A stretch of DNA of 64,000 nucleotides from Eledone cirrhosa (lineage: Eukaryota): positions 10,664,001 through 10,728,000 of the forward strand of contig OZ024757.1 of NCBI GenBank assembly GCA_964016885.1, written 5' to 3'. How positions within the stretch are numbered: the first letter of the stretch is position 1; every line of letters starts with the position of its first letter. Made by a program: the position numbers and the translations under genes. The notes under the pieces are model-generated. The model saw only the letters and a list, made by a program, of their open reading frames with translations, made no database searches and was not told where the DNA came from. Below, in pieces: positions 48,701 to 60,700 of the stretch.

Positions 48701-51700
48701 GTGTTGATGGTGGTGGCGGTGGTGCTGGTAGTGTTGATGGTGGTGACTGTGGTGGTGGTAGTGTTGATGGTGGTGGCGGTGGTGGTAGTGTTCATGGTGG
48801 TGGCGGTGGTGGTAGTATTGATGGTGGTGGTGCTAGTGTTGATGATGGTGGCGGTGGTGGTAGTGTTGATGGCGGTGGCGGTGGTGGTAGTGTTGATGGT
48901 GATGGCGGTGGTGGTAGTGTTGATGGTGGTGGCGGTGGTGGTGGTAGTGTTGATGGTGGTGGCGGTGGTGGTAGAGTTGATGGTGATGGCGGTGGTGGTA
49001 GTGTTGATGGTGGTGGTGCTAGTGTTGATGATGGTGGCGGTGGTGGTAGTGTTGATGGCGGTGGCGGTGGTGGTAGTGTTGATGGTGATGGCGGTGGTGG
49101 TAGTGTTGATGGTGGTGGCGGTGGTGGTGGTAGTGTTGATGGTGGTGGCGGTGGTGGTAGAGTTGATGGTGATGGCGGTGGTGGTAGTGTTGATGGTGGT
49201 GGCGGTGGTGGTAGTGTTGATGGTGGTGGCGGTGGTGGTGGTAGTGTTGATGGTGGTGGCGATGGTGGTAGTGTTGATGGTGGTGGCGGTGGTGGTAGTG
49301 TTGATCGTGGCGGTGGTGGTGGCAGTGTTGATGGTGGTGGCGGTGGTGATGGGAGTGTTGATGGTGGTGGCGGTGGTGGTGGTAGTGTTGATGGTGGTGG
49401 CGGTGGTGGTGGCGGTGGTGGTAGTGTTGATGGTGGTGGCGGTGGTGGTAGTATTGATGATGATGGCGGTGGTGGTGGAAGTATTGATGGTGGTGGCGGT
49501 GGTGGTAGTGTTGATGGTGGTGGCGGTGGTGCTGGTAGTGTTGATGGTGGTGACTGTGGTGGTGGTAGTGTTGATGGTGGTCGCGATGGTGGTAGTGTTG
49601 ATGGTGGTGGCGGTGGTGGTAGTGTTGATCGTGGTGGTGGTGGTGGCAGTGTTGATGGTGGTGGCGGTGGTGATGGTAGTGTTGATGGTGGTGGCGGTGG
49701 TGGTGGTAGTGTTGATGGTGGTGGCGGTGGTGGTAGTGTTGATGGTGGTGGCGGTGGTGGTAGTATTGATGATGGTGGCGGTGGTGGTGGTAGTATTGAT
49801 CGTGGTGGTGGTGGTGGCAGTGTTGATGGTGGTGGCGGTGGTGATGGTAGTGTTGATGGTGGTGGCGGTGGTGGTGGTAGTGTTGAGGGTGGTAGCGGTG
49901 GTGGTAGTGTTGATGGTGGTGGCGGTGGTGGTAGTATTGATGATGGTGGCGGTGGTGGTGGTATTTTTGATGGTGGTGGCGGTGGTGGTAGTGTTGATGG
50001 TGGTGGCGGTGGTGCTAGTAGTGTTGATGGTGGTGACTGTGGTGGTGGTAGTGTTGATGGTGGTGGCGGTGGTGGTAGTGTTCATGGTGGTGGCGGTGGT
50101 GGTAGTGTTGATGGTGGTGGTGCTAGTGTTGATGATGGTGGCGGTGGTGGTAGTGTTGATGGCGGTGGCGGTGGTGGTAGTGTTGATGGTGATGGCGGTG
50201 GTGGTAGTGTTGATGGTGGAGGTGGTGGTGGTAGTGTTGATGGTGGTGCCGGTGGTGGTGGTAGTGTTGATGGTGGTGGCGCTGGTGGTAGTGTTGATGG
50301 TGGTGGCGGTGGTGGTAGTGTTGATGGTGGTGGCGGTGGTGGTAGTGTTGATGGTGGTGGTGGCGGTGGTGGTAGTGTTGATGGTGGTGGCGGTGGTGGT
50401 GGTAGTGTTGATGGTGGTGGCGGTGGTGGTAGAGTTGATGGTGATGGCGGTGGTTGTAGTGTTGATGGTGGTGGCGGTGGTGGTAGAGTTGATGGTGGTG
50501 GCGGTGGTAGTAGTGTTGAGTGTGGTGGAGGTGTTGGTGGTAGTGTTGATGGTGGTGGCGGTGGTGGTGGTAGTGTTGATGGTGGTGGCGGTGGTGGTAG
50601 AGTTGATGGTGATGGTGGTGGTGGTAGTGTTGATGGTGGTGGCGGTGGTGGTAGTGTTGATGGTGGTGGCAGTGATGGTAGTGTTGATGGTGCTGGAGGT
50701 GTTGGTGGTAGTGTTGATGGTGGTGGCGGTGGTGGTGGTAGTGTTGATGGTGGTGGTGGAAGTGTTGATGGTGGTGGCGGTGGTGGTAGTGTTGATCGTG
50801 GTGGTGGTGGTGGCAGTGTTGATGGTGGTGGCGGTGGTGATGGTAGTGTTGATGGTGGTGGCGGTGGCGGTGGTAGTGTTGTTGGTGGTGGCGGTGGTGG
50901 TAGTATTGATGGTGGTGGCGGTGGTGGTGGTAGTATTGATGGTGGTGGCGGTGGTGGTAGTGTTGATGGCGGTGGTGCTGGTAGTGTTGATGGTGGTGAC
51001 TGTGGTGGTGGTAGTGTTGATGGTGGTGGCGGTGGTGGTAGTGTTGATGGTGGTGGTGGTAGTGTTGATGGTGGTGGCGGTGGTGGTAGTGTTGATGGCG
51101 GTGGCGGTGGTGGTAGTGTTGATGGTGATGGCGGTGATGTTGGTGTTGATGGTGGTGGCGGTGGTGGTGGTAGTATTGATGGTGGTGGCGGTGGTGGTAG
51201 TGTTGATGGTGGTGGCGGTGGTGGTGGTAGTGTTGATGGTGGTGGCGGTGGTTGTGGTAGAGTTGATGGTGGTGGCGGTGGTGGTAGTGTTGATGGTGTT
51301 CGCCGTGGTGGTAGTGTTGATGGTGGTGGCGGTGGTGGTGGTAGTGTTGATGTTGATGGCGGTGGTGGTAGTGTTGATGGTGGTGGCGGAGGTGGTAGTG
51401 TTGATGGTGGTCGTGGTGGTGGTAGTGTTGATGGTGGTGGTGGTGGTGGTACTGTTGATGGTGGTGGAGGTGGTGGTGGTAGTGTTGATGGTGGTGGCGG
51501 TGGTGGTGGTAGTGTTGATGGTGGTGGTGGTAGTGTTGATGGTGGTGGCGGTGGTTGTAGTGTTGATGGCGGTGGCGGTGGTGGTAGTATTGATGGTGAT
51601 GGCGGTGGTGGTAGTGTTGATGGTGGAGGTGGTGGTGGTAGTGTTGATGGTGGTGGCGGTGGTGGTGGTAGTGTTGATGGTGGTGGCGGTGGTGGTAGAG

Positions 51701-54700
51701 TTGATGGTGATGGCGGTGGTGGTAGTGTTGATGGTGGTGGCGGTGGTGGTAGTGTTGATCGTGGTGGCGGTGGTGGTAGTGTTGAGTGTGGTGGAGGTGT
51801 TAGTGTTAGTGTTGATGGTGGTGGCGGTGGTGGTGGTAGTGTTGATGGTGGTGGCGGTGGTGGTATTGTTGATGGTGGTGGCGGTGGTGGTAGTGTTGAT
51901 GGTGGTGGCGGTGGTGGTAGTGTTGATGGTGGTGGCGGTGGTGGTGGTAGTGTTGATGGTGGTGGCGGTGGTGGTAGAGTTGATGGTGATGGCGGTGGTG
52001 GTAGTGTTGATTGTGGTGGCGGTGGTGGTAGTGTTGATGGTGGTGGCGGTGGTGGTAGTGTTGAGTGTGGTGGAGGTGTTGGTGGTAGTGTTGATGGTGG
52101 TGGCGATGGTGGTGGTAGTGTTGATGGTGGTGGCGGTGGTGGTAGAGTTGATGGTGTTGGCGGTGGTGGTAGTGTTGATGGTGGAGGTGGTGGTGGTACT
52201 GTTGATGGTGGTGGAGGTGGTGGTGGTAGTGTTGATGGTGGTGGCGGTGGTGGTAGTGTTGAGTGTGGTGGAGGTGGTGGTGGTAGTGTTGATGGTGGTG
52301 GCGGTGGTGGTGGTAGTGTTGATGGTGGTGGCGGTGGTGGTAGTGTTGATGGTGGTGGCGGTGGTGGTAGTGTTGATGGTGGTGGCGGTGGTGGTAGTGT
52401 TGATGGTGGTGGTGGCGGTGGTGGTAGTGTTGATGGTGGTTGCGGTGGTGGTGGTAGTGTTGATGGTGGTGGCGGAGGTGGTAGAGTTGATAGTGATGGC
52501 GGTGGTGGTAGTGTTGATGGTGGTGGCGGTGGAGGTAGTGTTGATTGTGGTGGCGGTGGTGGTAGAGTTGAGTATGGTGGAGGTGTTGGTGGTAGTGTTG
52601 ATGGTGGTGGCGGTGGTGGTGGTAGTGTTGATGGTGGTGGCGGTGGTGGTAGAGTTGATGGTGATGGTGGTGGTGGTAGTGTTGATGGTGGTGGCGGTGG
52701 TGGTAGTGTTGATGGTGGTGGCGGTGGTGGTAGTGTTGATGGTGCTGGAGGTGTTGGTTGTAGTGTTGATGGTGGTGGCGGTGGTGGTGGTAGTGTTGAT
52801 GGTGGTAGCGGTAGTGGTGGTAGTGTTGATGTTGATGGCGGTGGTGGTAGTGTTGATGGTGGTGGCGTAGGTGGTAGTGTTGATGGTGTTGGTGGTGGTG
52901 GTAGTGTTGATGGTGGTGAAGGTGGTGGTGGTAGTGTTGATGGTGGTGGCGGTGGTGGTGGTAGTGTTGATGGTGGTGGTGGTAGTGTTGATGGTGGTGG
53001 CGGTGGTGGTAGTGTTGATGGCGGAGGTGGTGGTGGTAGTGTTGATGGTGGTGGCGGTGGTGGTGGTAGTGTTGATGGTGGTGGCGGTGGTGGTAGAGTT
53101 GATGGTGATGGCGGTGGTGGTAGTGTTGATGGTGGTGGCGGTGGTGGTAGTGTTGATGGTGGTGGCGGTGGTGGTAGTGTTGATGGTGGTGGCGGTGGTG
53201 GTGGTAGTGTTGATGGTGGTGGCGGTGGTGGTAGAGTTGATGGTGATGGCGGTGGTGGTAGTGTTGATGGTGGAGGTGGTGGTGGTAGTGTTGATGGTGG
53301 TGGTGGTGGTGGTGGTAGTGTTGATGGTGGTGGCGGTGGTGGTAGAGTTGATGGTGATGGCGGTGGTGGTAGTGTTGATGGTGGTGGCGGTGGTGGGAGT
53401 GTTGATGGTGGTGGCGGTGGTGGTAGTGTTGAGTGTGGTGGAGGTGTTGGTGGTAGTGTTGATGGTGGTGGCGGTGGTGGTGGTAGTGTTGATGGTGGTG
53501 GCGGTGGTGGTAGTGTTGATGGTGGTGGCGGTGGTGGTAGTGTTGATGGTGGTGGCGGTGGTGGTAGTGTTGATGGTGGTGGTGGCGGTGGTGGTAGTGT
53601 TGATGGTGGTGGCGGTGGTGGTAGTGTTGATGGTGGTGGCGGTGGTGGTAGTGTTGATGGTGGTGGCGGTGGTGGTAGTGTTGATGGTGGCGGTGGCGGT
53701 GGTGGTAGTGTTGATGGTGGTGGCGGTGGTGGTGGTAGTGTTGATGGTGGTGGCGGTGGTGGTAGAGTTGATGGTGATGGCGGTGGTGGTAGTGTTGATT
53801 GTGGTGGCGGTGGTGGTAGTGTTGATGGTGGTGGCGGTGGTGGTAGTGTTGAGTGTGGTAGAGGTGTTGGTGGTAGTGTTGATGGTGGTGGCGGTGGTGG
53901 TGGTAGTGTTGATGGTGGTGGCGGTGGTGGTAGAGTTGATGGTGATGGTGGTGGTGGTAGTGTTGATGGTGGTGGCGGTGGTGGTAGTGTTGATGGTGGT
54001 GGCGGTGGTGGTAGTGTTGATGGTGCTGGAGGTGTTGGTGGTAGTGTTGATGGTGGTGGCGGTGGTGGTGGTAGTGTTGATGGTGGTGGCGGTGGTGGTA
54101 GTGTTGATGGTGGTGGCGGTGGTGGTAGTGTTGATGGTGGTGGTGGCGGTGGTGGTAGTGTTGATGGTGGTTGCGGTGGTGGTGGTAGTGTTGATGGTGG
54201 TGGCGGTGGCGGTGGTGGTAGAGTTGATGGTGATGGCGGTGGTGGTAGTGTTGATGGTGGTGGCGGTGGAGGTAGTGTTGATGGTAGTGGCGGTGGTGGT
54301 AGTGTTGAGTATGGTGGAGGTGTTGGTGGTAGTGTTGATGGTGGTGGCGGTGGTGGTGGTAGTGTTGATGGTGGTGGCGGTGGTGGTAGAGTTGATGGTG
54401 ATGGTGGTGGTGGTAGTGTTGATGGTGGTGGCGGTGGTGGTAGTGTTGATGGTGGTGGCGGTGGTGGTAGTGTTGATGGTGCTGGAGGTGTTGGTGGTAG
54501 TGTTGATGGTGGTGGCAGTGGTGGTGGTAGTGTTGATGGTGGTGGCGATGGTGGTAGGGTTGATGGTGGTGGCGGTGGTGGTAGTGTTGATCGTGGCGGT
54601 GGTGGTGGCAGTGTTGATGGTGGTGGCGGTGGTGATGGTAGTGTTGATGGTGGTGGCGGTGGTGGTGATAGTGTTGATGGTGGTGGCGGTGGTGGTACTG

Positions 54701-57700
54701 TTGATGGTGGTGGCGGTGGTGGTAGTAATGATGATGGTGGCGGTGGTGGTGGTAGTATTGATGGTGGTGGCGGTGGTGGTAGTGTTGATGGTGGTGGCGG
54801 TGGTGCTGGTAGTGTTGATGGTGGTGACTGTGGTGGTGGTAGTGTTGATGGTGGTGGCGGTGGTGGTAGTGTTGAAGGTGGTGGCGGTGGTGGTAGTATT
54901 GATGATGGTGGCGGTGGTGGTGGTAGTATTGATGTTGGTGGCGGTGGTGGTAGTGTTGATGGTGGTGGCGGTGGTGCTGGTAGTGTTGATGGTGGTGACT
55001 GTGGTGGTGGTGGTAGTGTTGATGGTGGTGGCGGTGGTGGTAGAGTTCATGGTGGTGGCGTTGGTGGTAGTGTTGATGGTGGTGGTGCTAGTGTTGATGA
55101 TGGTGGCGGTGGTGGTAGTGTTGATGGCGGTGGCGGTGGTGGTAGTGTTGATGGTGATGGCGGTGGTGGTAGTGTTGATGGTGGTGGCGGTGGTGGTGGT
55201 AGTGTTGATGGTGGTGGCGGTGGTGGTAGAGTTGATGGTGGTGGCGGTGGTGGTGGTAGTGTTGATGGTGGTGGCGATGGTGGTAGTGTTGATGGTGGTG
55301 GCGGTGGTGGTAGTGTTGATCGTGGCGGTGGTGGTGGCAGTGTTGATGGTGGTGGCGGTGGTGATGGTAGTGTTGATGGTGGTGGCGGTGGTGGTAGTGT
55401 TGATGGTGGTGGCGGTGGTGGTAGTGTTGATCGTGGCGGTGGTGGTGGCAGTGTTGATGGTGGTGGCGGTGGTGATGGTAGTGTTGATGGTGGTGACTGT
55501 GGTGGTGGTAGTGTTGATGGTGGTCGCGATGGTGGTAGTGTTGATGGTGGTGGCGGTGGTGGTAGTGTTGATCGTGGTGGTGGTGGTGGCAGTGTTGATG
55601 GTGGTGGCGGTGGTGATGGTAGTGTTGATGGTGGTGGCGGTGGTGGTGGTAGTGTTGATGGTGGTGGCGGTGATGGTAGTGTTGATGGTGATGGTGGTGG
55701 TGGTAGTGTTGATGGTGGTGGCGGTGGTGGTAGTGTTGATGGTGGCGGTGGCGGTGGTGGTAGTGTTGATGGTGGTGGCGGTGGTGGTGGTAGTGTTGAT
55801 GGTGATGGCGGTGGTGGTAGTGTTGATGGTGGTGGCGGTGGTGGTAGTGTTGATGGTGGTAGCGGTGGTGGTAGTGTTGAGTGTGGTGGAGGTGTTGGTG
55901 GTAGTGTTGATGGTGGTGGCGGTGGTGGTGGTAGTGTTGATGGTGGTGGCGGTGTTGGTAGTGTTGATGGTGGTGGCGGTGGTGGTAGTGTTGATGGTGG
56001 TGGCGGTGGTGGTAGTGTTGATGGTGGCGGTGGCGGTGGTGGTAGTGTTGATGGTGGTGGCGGTGGTGGTAGTGTTGATGGTGGTGGCGGTGGTGGTGGT
56101 AGTGTTGATGGTGGTGGCGGTGGTGGTAGTGTTGATGGTGCTGGAGGTGTTGGTGGTAGTGTTGATGGTGGTGGCGGTGGTGGTGGTAGTGTTGATGGTG
56201 GTGGCGGTGGTGGTATTGTTGAGTGTGGTGGAGGTGTTGGTGGTAGTGTTGATGGTTCTGGCGGTGGTGGTGGTAGTTTTGATGGTGGTGGCGGTAGTGT
56301 TGATGGTGGTGGCGGTGGTGGTAGTGTTCATGGTGGTGGCGGTGGTGGTAGTGTTGATGGTGGTGGCGGTGGTGGTAGAGTTGATGGTGATGGCGGTGGT
56401 GGTAGTGTTGATGGTGGTGGCGGTGGTGGTAGTGTTGATGGTGGTGGCGGTGGTGGTAGTGTTGAGTGTGGTGGAGGTGTTGGTGGTAGTGTTGATGGTG
56501 GTGGCGGTGGTGGTGGTAGTGTTGATGGTGGTGGCGGTGGTGGTAGTGTTGATGGCGGTGGTGCTGGTAGTGTTGATGGTGGTGACTGTCGTGGTGGTAG
56601 TGTTGATGGTGGTGGCGGTGCTGGTAGTGTTGATGGTGGTGACTGTGGTGGTGGTAGTGTTGATGGTGGTGGCGGTGGTGGTAGTGTTCATGGTGGTGGC
56701 GGTGGTGGTAGTGTTGATGGTGGTGGTGCTAGTGTTGATGGTGGTGGCGGTGGTGGTAGTGTTGATGGCGGTAGCGGTGGTGGTAGTGTTGATGGTGATG
56801 GTGGTGGTGGTAGTGTTGATGGTGGTGGCGGTGGTGGTAGTGTTGATGGTGATGGCGGTGGTAGTAGTGTTGATGGTGGAGGTGGTGGTGGTAGTGTTGA
56901 TGGTGGTGGTGGTGGTGGTGGTAGTGTTGATGGTGGTGGCGGTGGTGGTAGAGTTGATGGTGATGGCGGTGGTGGTAGTGTTGAGTGTGGTGGAGGTGTT
57001 GGTGGTAGTGTTGATGGTGGTGGCGGTGGTGGTGGTAGTGTTGATGGTGGTGGCGGTGGTGGTAGTGTTGATGGTGGTGGCGGTGGTGGTAGTGTTGATG
57101 GTGGTGGCGGTGGTGGTAGTGTTGATGGTGGTGGTGGCGGTGGTGGTAGTGTTGATGGTGGTGGCGGTGGTGGTGGTAGTGTTGATGGTGGTGGCGGTGG
57201 TGGTAGAGATGATGGTGGTGGCGGTGGTGATGGTAGTTTTGATGGTGGTGGCGGTGGTGGTGGTAGTGTTGTTGGTGGTGGCGGTGGTGGTAGTGTTGAT
57301 GGTGGTGGCGGTGGTGGTAGTGTTGATGGTGGTGGCGGTGGTGGTGGTAGTGTTGATGGTGGTGGCGGTGGTGGTAGAGTTGATGGTGATGGTGGTGGTG
57401 GTAGTGTTGATGGTGGTGGCGGTGGTGGTAGTGTTGATGGTGGTGGAGGTGGTGGTAGTGTTGATCGTGGTGGTGGTGGTGGCAGTGTTGATGGTGGTGG
57501 CGGTGGTGATGGTAGTGTTGATGGTGGTGGCGGTGGTGGTGGTAGTGTTGTTGGTGGTGGCGGTGGTGGTAGTATTGATGATGGTGGCGGTGGTGGTAGT
57601 GTTGATGGCGGTGGTGCTGGTAGTGTTGATGGTGGTGACTGTGGTGGTGGTAGTGTTGATGGTGGTGGCGGTGGTGGTAGTGTTGATGGTGGTGGTGGTA

Positions 57701-60700
57701 GTGTTGATGGTGGTGGCGGTGGTGGTAGTGCTGATGGCGGTGGCGGTGGTGGCAGTGTTGATGGTGATGGCGGTGATGTTGGTGTTGATGGTGGTGGCGG
57801 TGGTGGTGGTAGTATTGATGGTGGTGGCGGTGGTGGTAGTATTGATGGTGGTGGTGGTGGTGGTGGTAGTGTTGATGGTGGTGGCGGTGGTGGTAGTGTT
57901 GATGGTGTTCGCCGTGGTGGTAGTGTTGATGGTGGTGGCGGTGGTGGGAGTGTTGATGGCGGTGGCGGTGGTGGTAGTATTGATGGTGATGGCGGTGGTG
58001 GTAGTGTTGATGGTGGAGGTGGTGGTAGTAGTGTTGATGGTGGTGGCGGTGGTGGTGGTAGTGTTGATGGTGGTGGCGGTGGTGGTAGAGTTGATGGTGA
58101 TGGCGGTGATGGTAGTGTTGATGGTGGTGGCGGTGGTGGTAGTGTTGATCGTGGTGGCGGTGGTGGTAGTGTTGAGTGTGGTGGAGGTGTTGGTGGTAGT
58201 GTTGATGGTGGTGGCGGTGGTGGTGGTAGTGTTGATGGTGGTGGCGGTGGTGGTAGTGTTGATGGTGGTGGCGGTGGTGGTAGTGTTGATGGTGGTGGCG
58301 GTGGTGGTAGTGTTGATGGTGGTGGCGGTGGTGGTGGTAGTGTTGATGGTGGTGGCGGTGGTGGTAGAGTTGATGGTGATGGCGGTGGTGGTAGTGTTGA
58401 TTGTGGTGGCGGTGGTGGTAGTGTTGATGGTGGTGGCGGTGGTGGTGGTAGTGTTGATGGTGGTGGCGGTGGTGGTAGTGTTGAGTGTGGTGGAGGTGTT
58501 GGTGGTAGTGTTCATGGTGGTGGCGGTGGTGGTGGTAGTGTTTCTGGTGGTGGCGGTGGTGGTAGAGTTGATGGTGATGGTGGTGGTGGTAGTGTTGATG
58601 GTGGTGGCGGTGGGGGTAGTGTTGATGGTGGTGGCGGTGGTGGTAGTGTTGATGGTGCTGGAGGTGTTGGTGGTAGTGTTGATGGTGGTGGCGGTGGTGG
58701 TGGTAGTGTTGATGGTGGTGGCGGTGGTGGTAGTGTTGATGGTGGTGGCGGTGGTGGTGGTGGTGGCAGTGTTGTTGGTGGTGGCGGTGGTGGTACTGTT
58801 GATGGTGGTGGAGGTGGTGGTGGTAGTGTTGATGGTGGTGGCGGTGGTGGTGGTAGTGTTGATGGTGGTGGCGGTGGTGGTAGAGTTGATGGTGATGGCG
58901 GTGGTGGTAGTGTTGATGGTGGAGGTGGTGGTGGTAGTGTTGATGGTGGTGGCGGTGGTGGTGGTAGTGTTGATGGTGGTGGCGGTAGTGGTAGTGTTGA
59001 TGGTGGTGGCGGTGGTGGTAGTGTTGATGGTGGTGGCGGTGGTGGTAGTGTTGATGGTGGTGGTGGCGGTGGTGGTAGTGTTGATGGTGGTTGCGGTGGT
59101 GGTGGTAGTGTTGATGGTGGTGGCGGTGGTGGTAGTGTTGATGGTGGTGGCGGTGGAGGTAGTGTTGATGGTGGTGGCGGTGGTGGTAGTGTTGAGTATG
59201 GTGGAGGTGTTGGTGGTAGTGTTGATGGTGGTGGCGGTGGTGGTGGTAGTGTTATTGGTGGTGGCGGTGGTGGTAGAGTTGATGGTGATGGTGGTGGTGG
59301 TAGTGTTGATGGTGGTGGCGGTGGTGGTAGTGTTGATGGTGGTGGCGGTGGTGGTAGTGTTGATGGTGGTGGCGGTGGTGGTAGTGTTGAGTATGGTGGA
59401 GGTGTTGGTGGTAGTGTTGATGGTGGTGGCGGTGGTGGTGGTAGTGTTGATGGTGGTGGCGGTGGTGGTAGTGTTGATGGTGGTGGCGGTGGTGGTAGTG
59501 TTGATGGTGGTGGCGGTGGTGGTAGTGTTGATGGTGGCGGTGGCGGTGGTGGTAGTGTTGATGGTGGTGGCGGTGGTGGTGGTAGTGTTGATGGTGGTGG
59601 CGGTGGTGGTAGAGTTGATGGTGATGGCGGTGGTGGTAGTGTTGATTGTGGTGGCGGTGGTGGTAGTGTTGATGGTGGTGGCGGTGGTGGTGGTAGTGTT
59701 GATGGTGGTGGCGGTGGTGGTAGAGTTGATGGTGATGGTGGTGGTGGTAGTGTTGATGGTGGTGGCGGTGGTGGTAGTGTTGATGGTGGTGGCGGTGGTG
59801 GTAGTGTTGATGGTGCTGGAGGTGTTGGTGGTAGTGTTGATGGTGGTGGCGGTGGTGGTGGTAGTGTTGATGGTGGTGGCGGTGGTGGTAGTGTTGATGG
59901 TGGTGGCGGTGGTGGTAGTGTTGATGGTGGTGGTGGCGGTGGTGGTAGTGTTGATGGTGGTTGCGGTGGTGGTGGTAGTGTTGATGGTGGTGGCGGTGGC
60001 GGTGGTGGTAGAGTTGATGGTGATGGCGGTGGTGGTAGTGTTGATGGTGGTGGCGGTGGAGGTAGTGTTGATGGTGGTGGCGGTGGTGGTAGTGTTGAGT
60101 ATGGTGGAGGTGTTGGTGGTAGTGTTGATGGTGGTGGCGGTGGTGGTGGTAGTGTTGATGGTGGTGGCGGTGGTGGTAGAGTTGATGGTGATGGTGGTGG
60201 CGGTGGTGGTAGTGTTGATGGTGCTGGAGGTGTTGGTGGTAGTGTTGATGGTGGTGGCGGTGGTGGTGGTAGTGTTGATGGTGGTGGCGATGGTGGTGGC
60301 GGTGGTGGTGGTAGTGTTGATGGTGGTGGCGATGGTGGTAGGGTTGATGGTGGTGGCGGTGGTGGTAGTGTTGATCGTGGCGGTGGTGGTGGCAGTGTTG
60401 ATGGTGGTGGCGGTGGTGATGGTAGTGTTGATGGTGGTGGCGGTGGTGGTGATAGTGTTGATGGTGGTGGCGGTGGTGGCACTGTTGATGGTGGTGGCGG
60501 TGGTGGTAGTAATGATGATGGTGGCGGTGGTGGTGGTAGTATTGATGGTGGTGGCGGTGGTGGTAGTGTTGATGGTGGTGGCGGTGGTGCTGGTAGTGTT
60601 GATGGTGGTGACTGTGGTGGTGGTAGTGTTGATGGTGGTGGCGGTGGTGGTAGTGTTCATGGTGGTGGCGGTGGTGGTAGTATTGATGGTGGTGGTGCTA

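Noticed and set aside
1-52870. Long Val/Met/Leu-rich plus-strand ORFs (MVVAVVVVL)n as membrane proteins
   Set aside because: Thousands of uninterrupted hydrophobic residues are implausible. Starts are just the ATG/GTG present in each unit, and the frame contains TAG stops at 26632, 41216 and 52868.
3503-60482. Pro-rich minus-strand ORFs (STLPPPPPP)n as extensin, pherophorin or formin FH1-like proteins
   Set aside because: The frame is terminated by TGA at every recurrent GTTCAT variant, and these stops were freely amplified. Starts are repeat variants and no associated domains are present.
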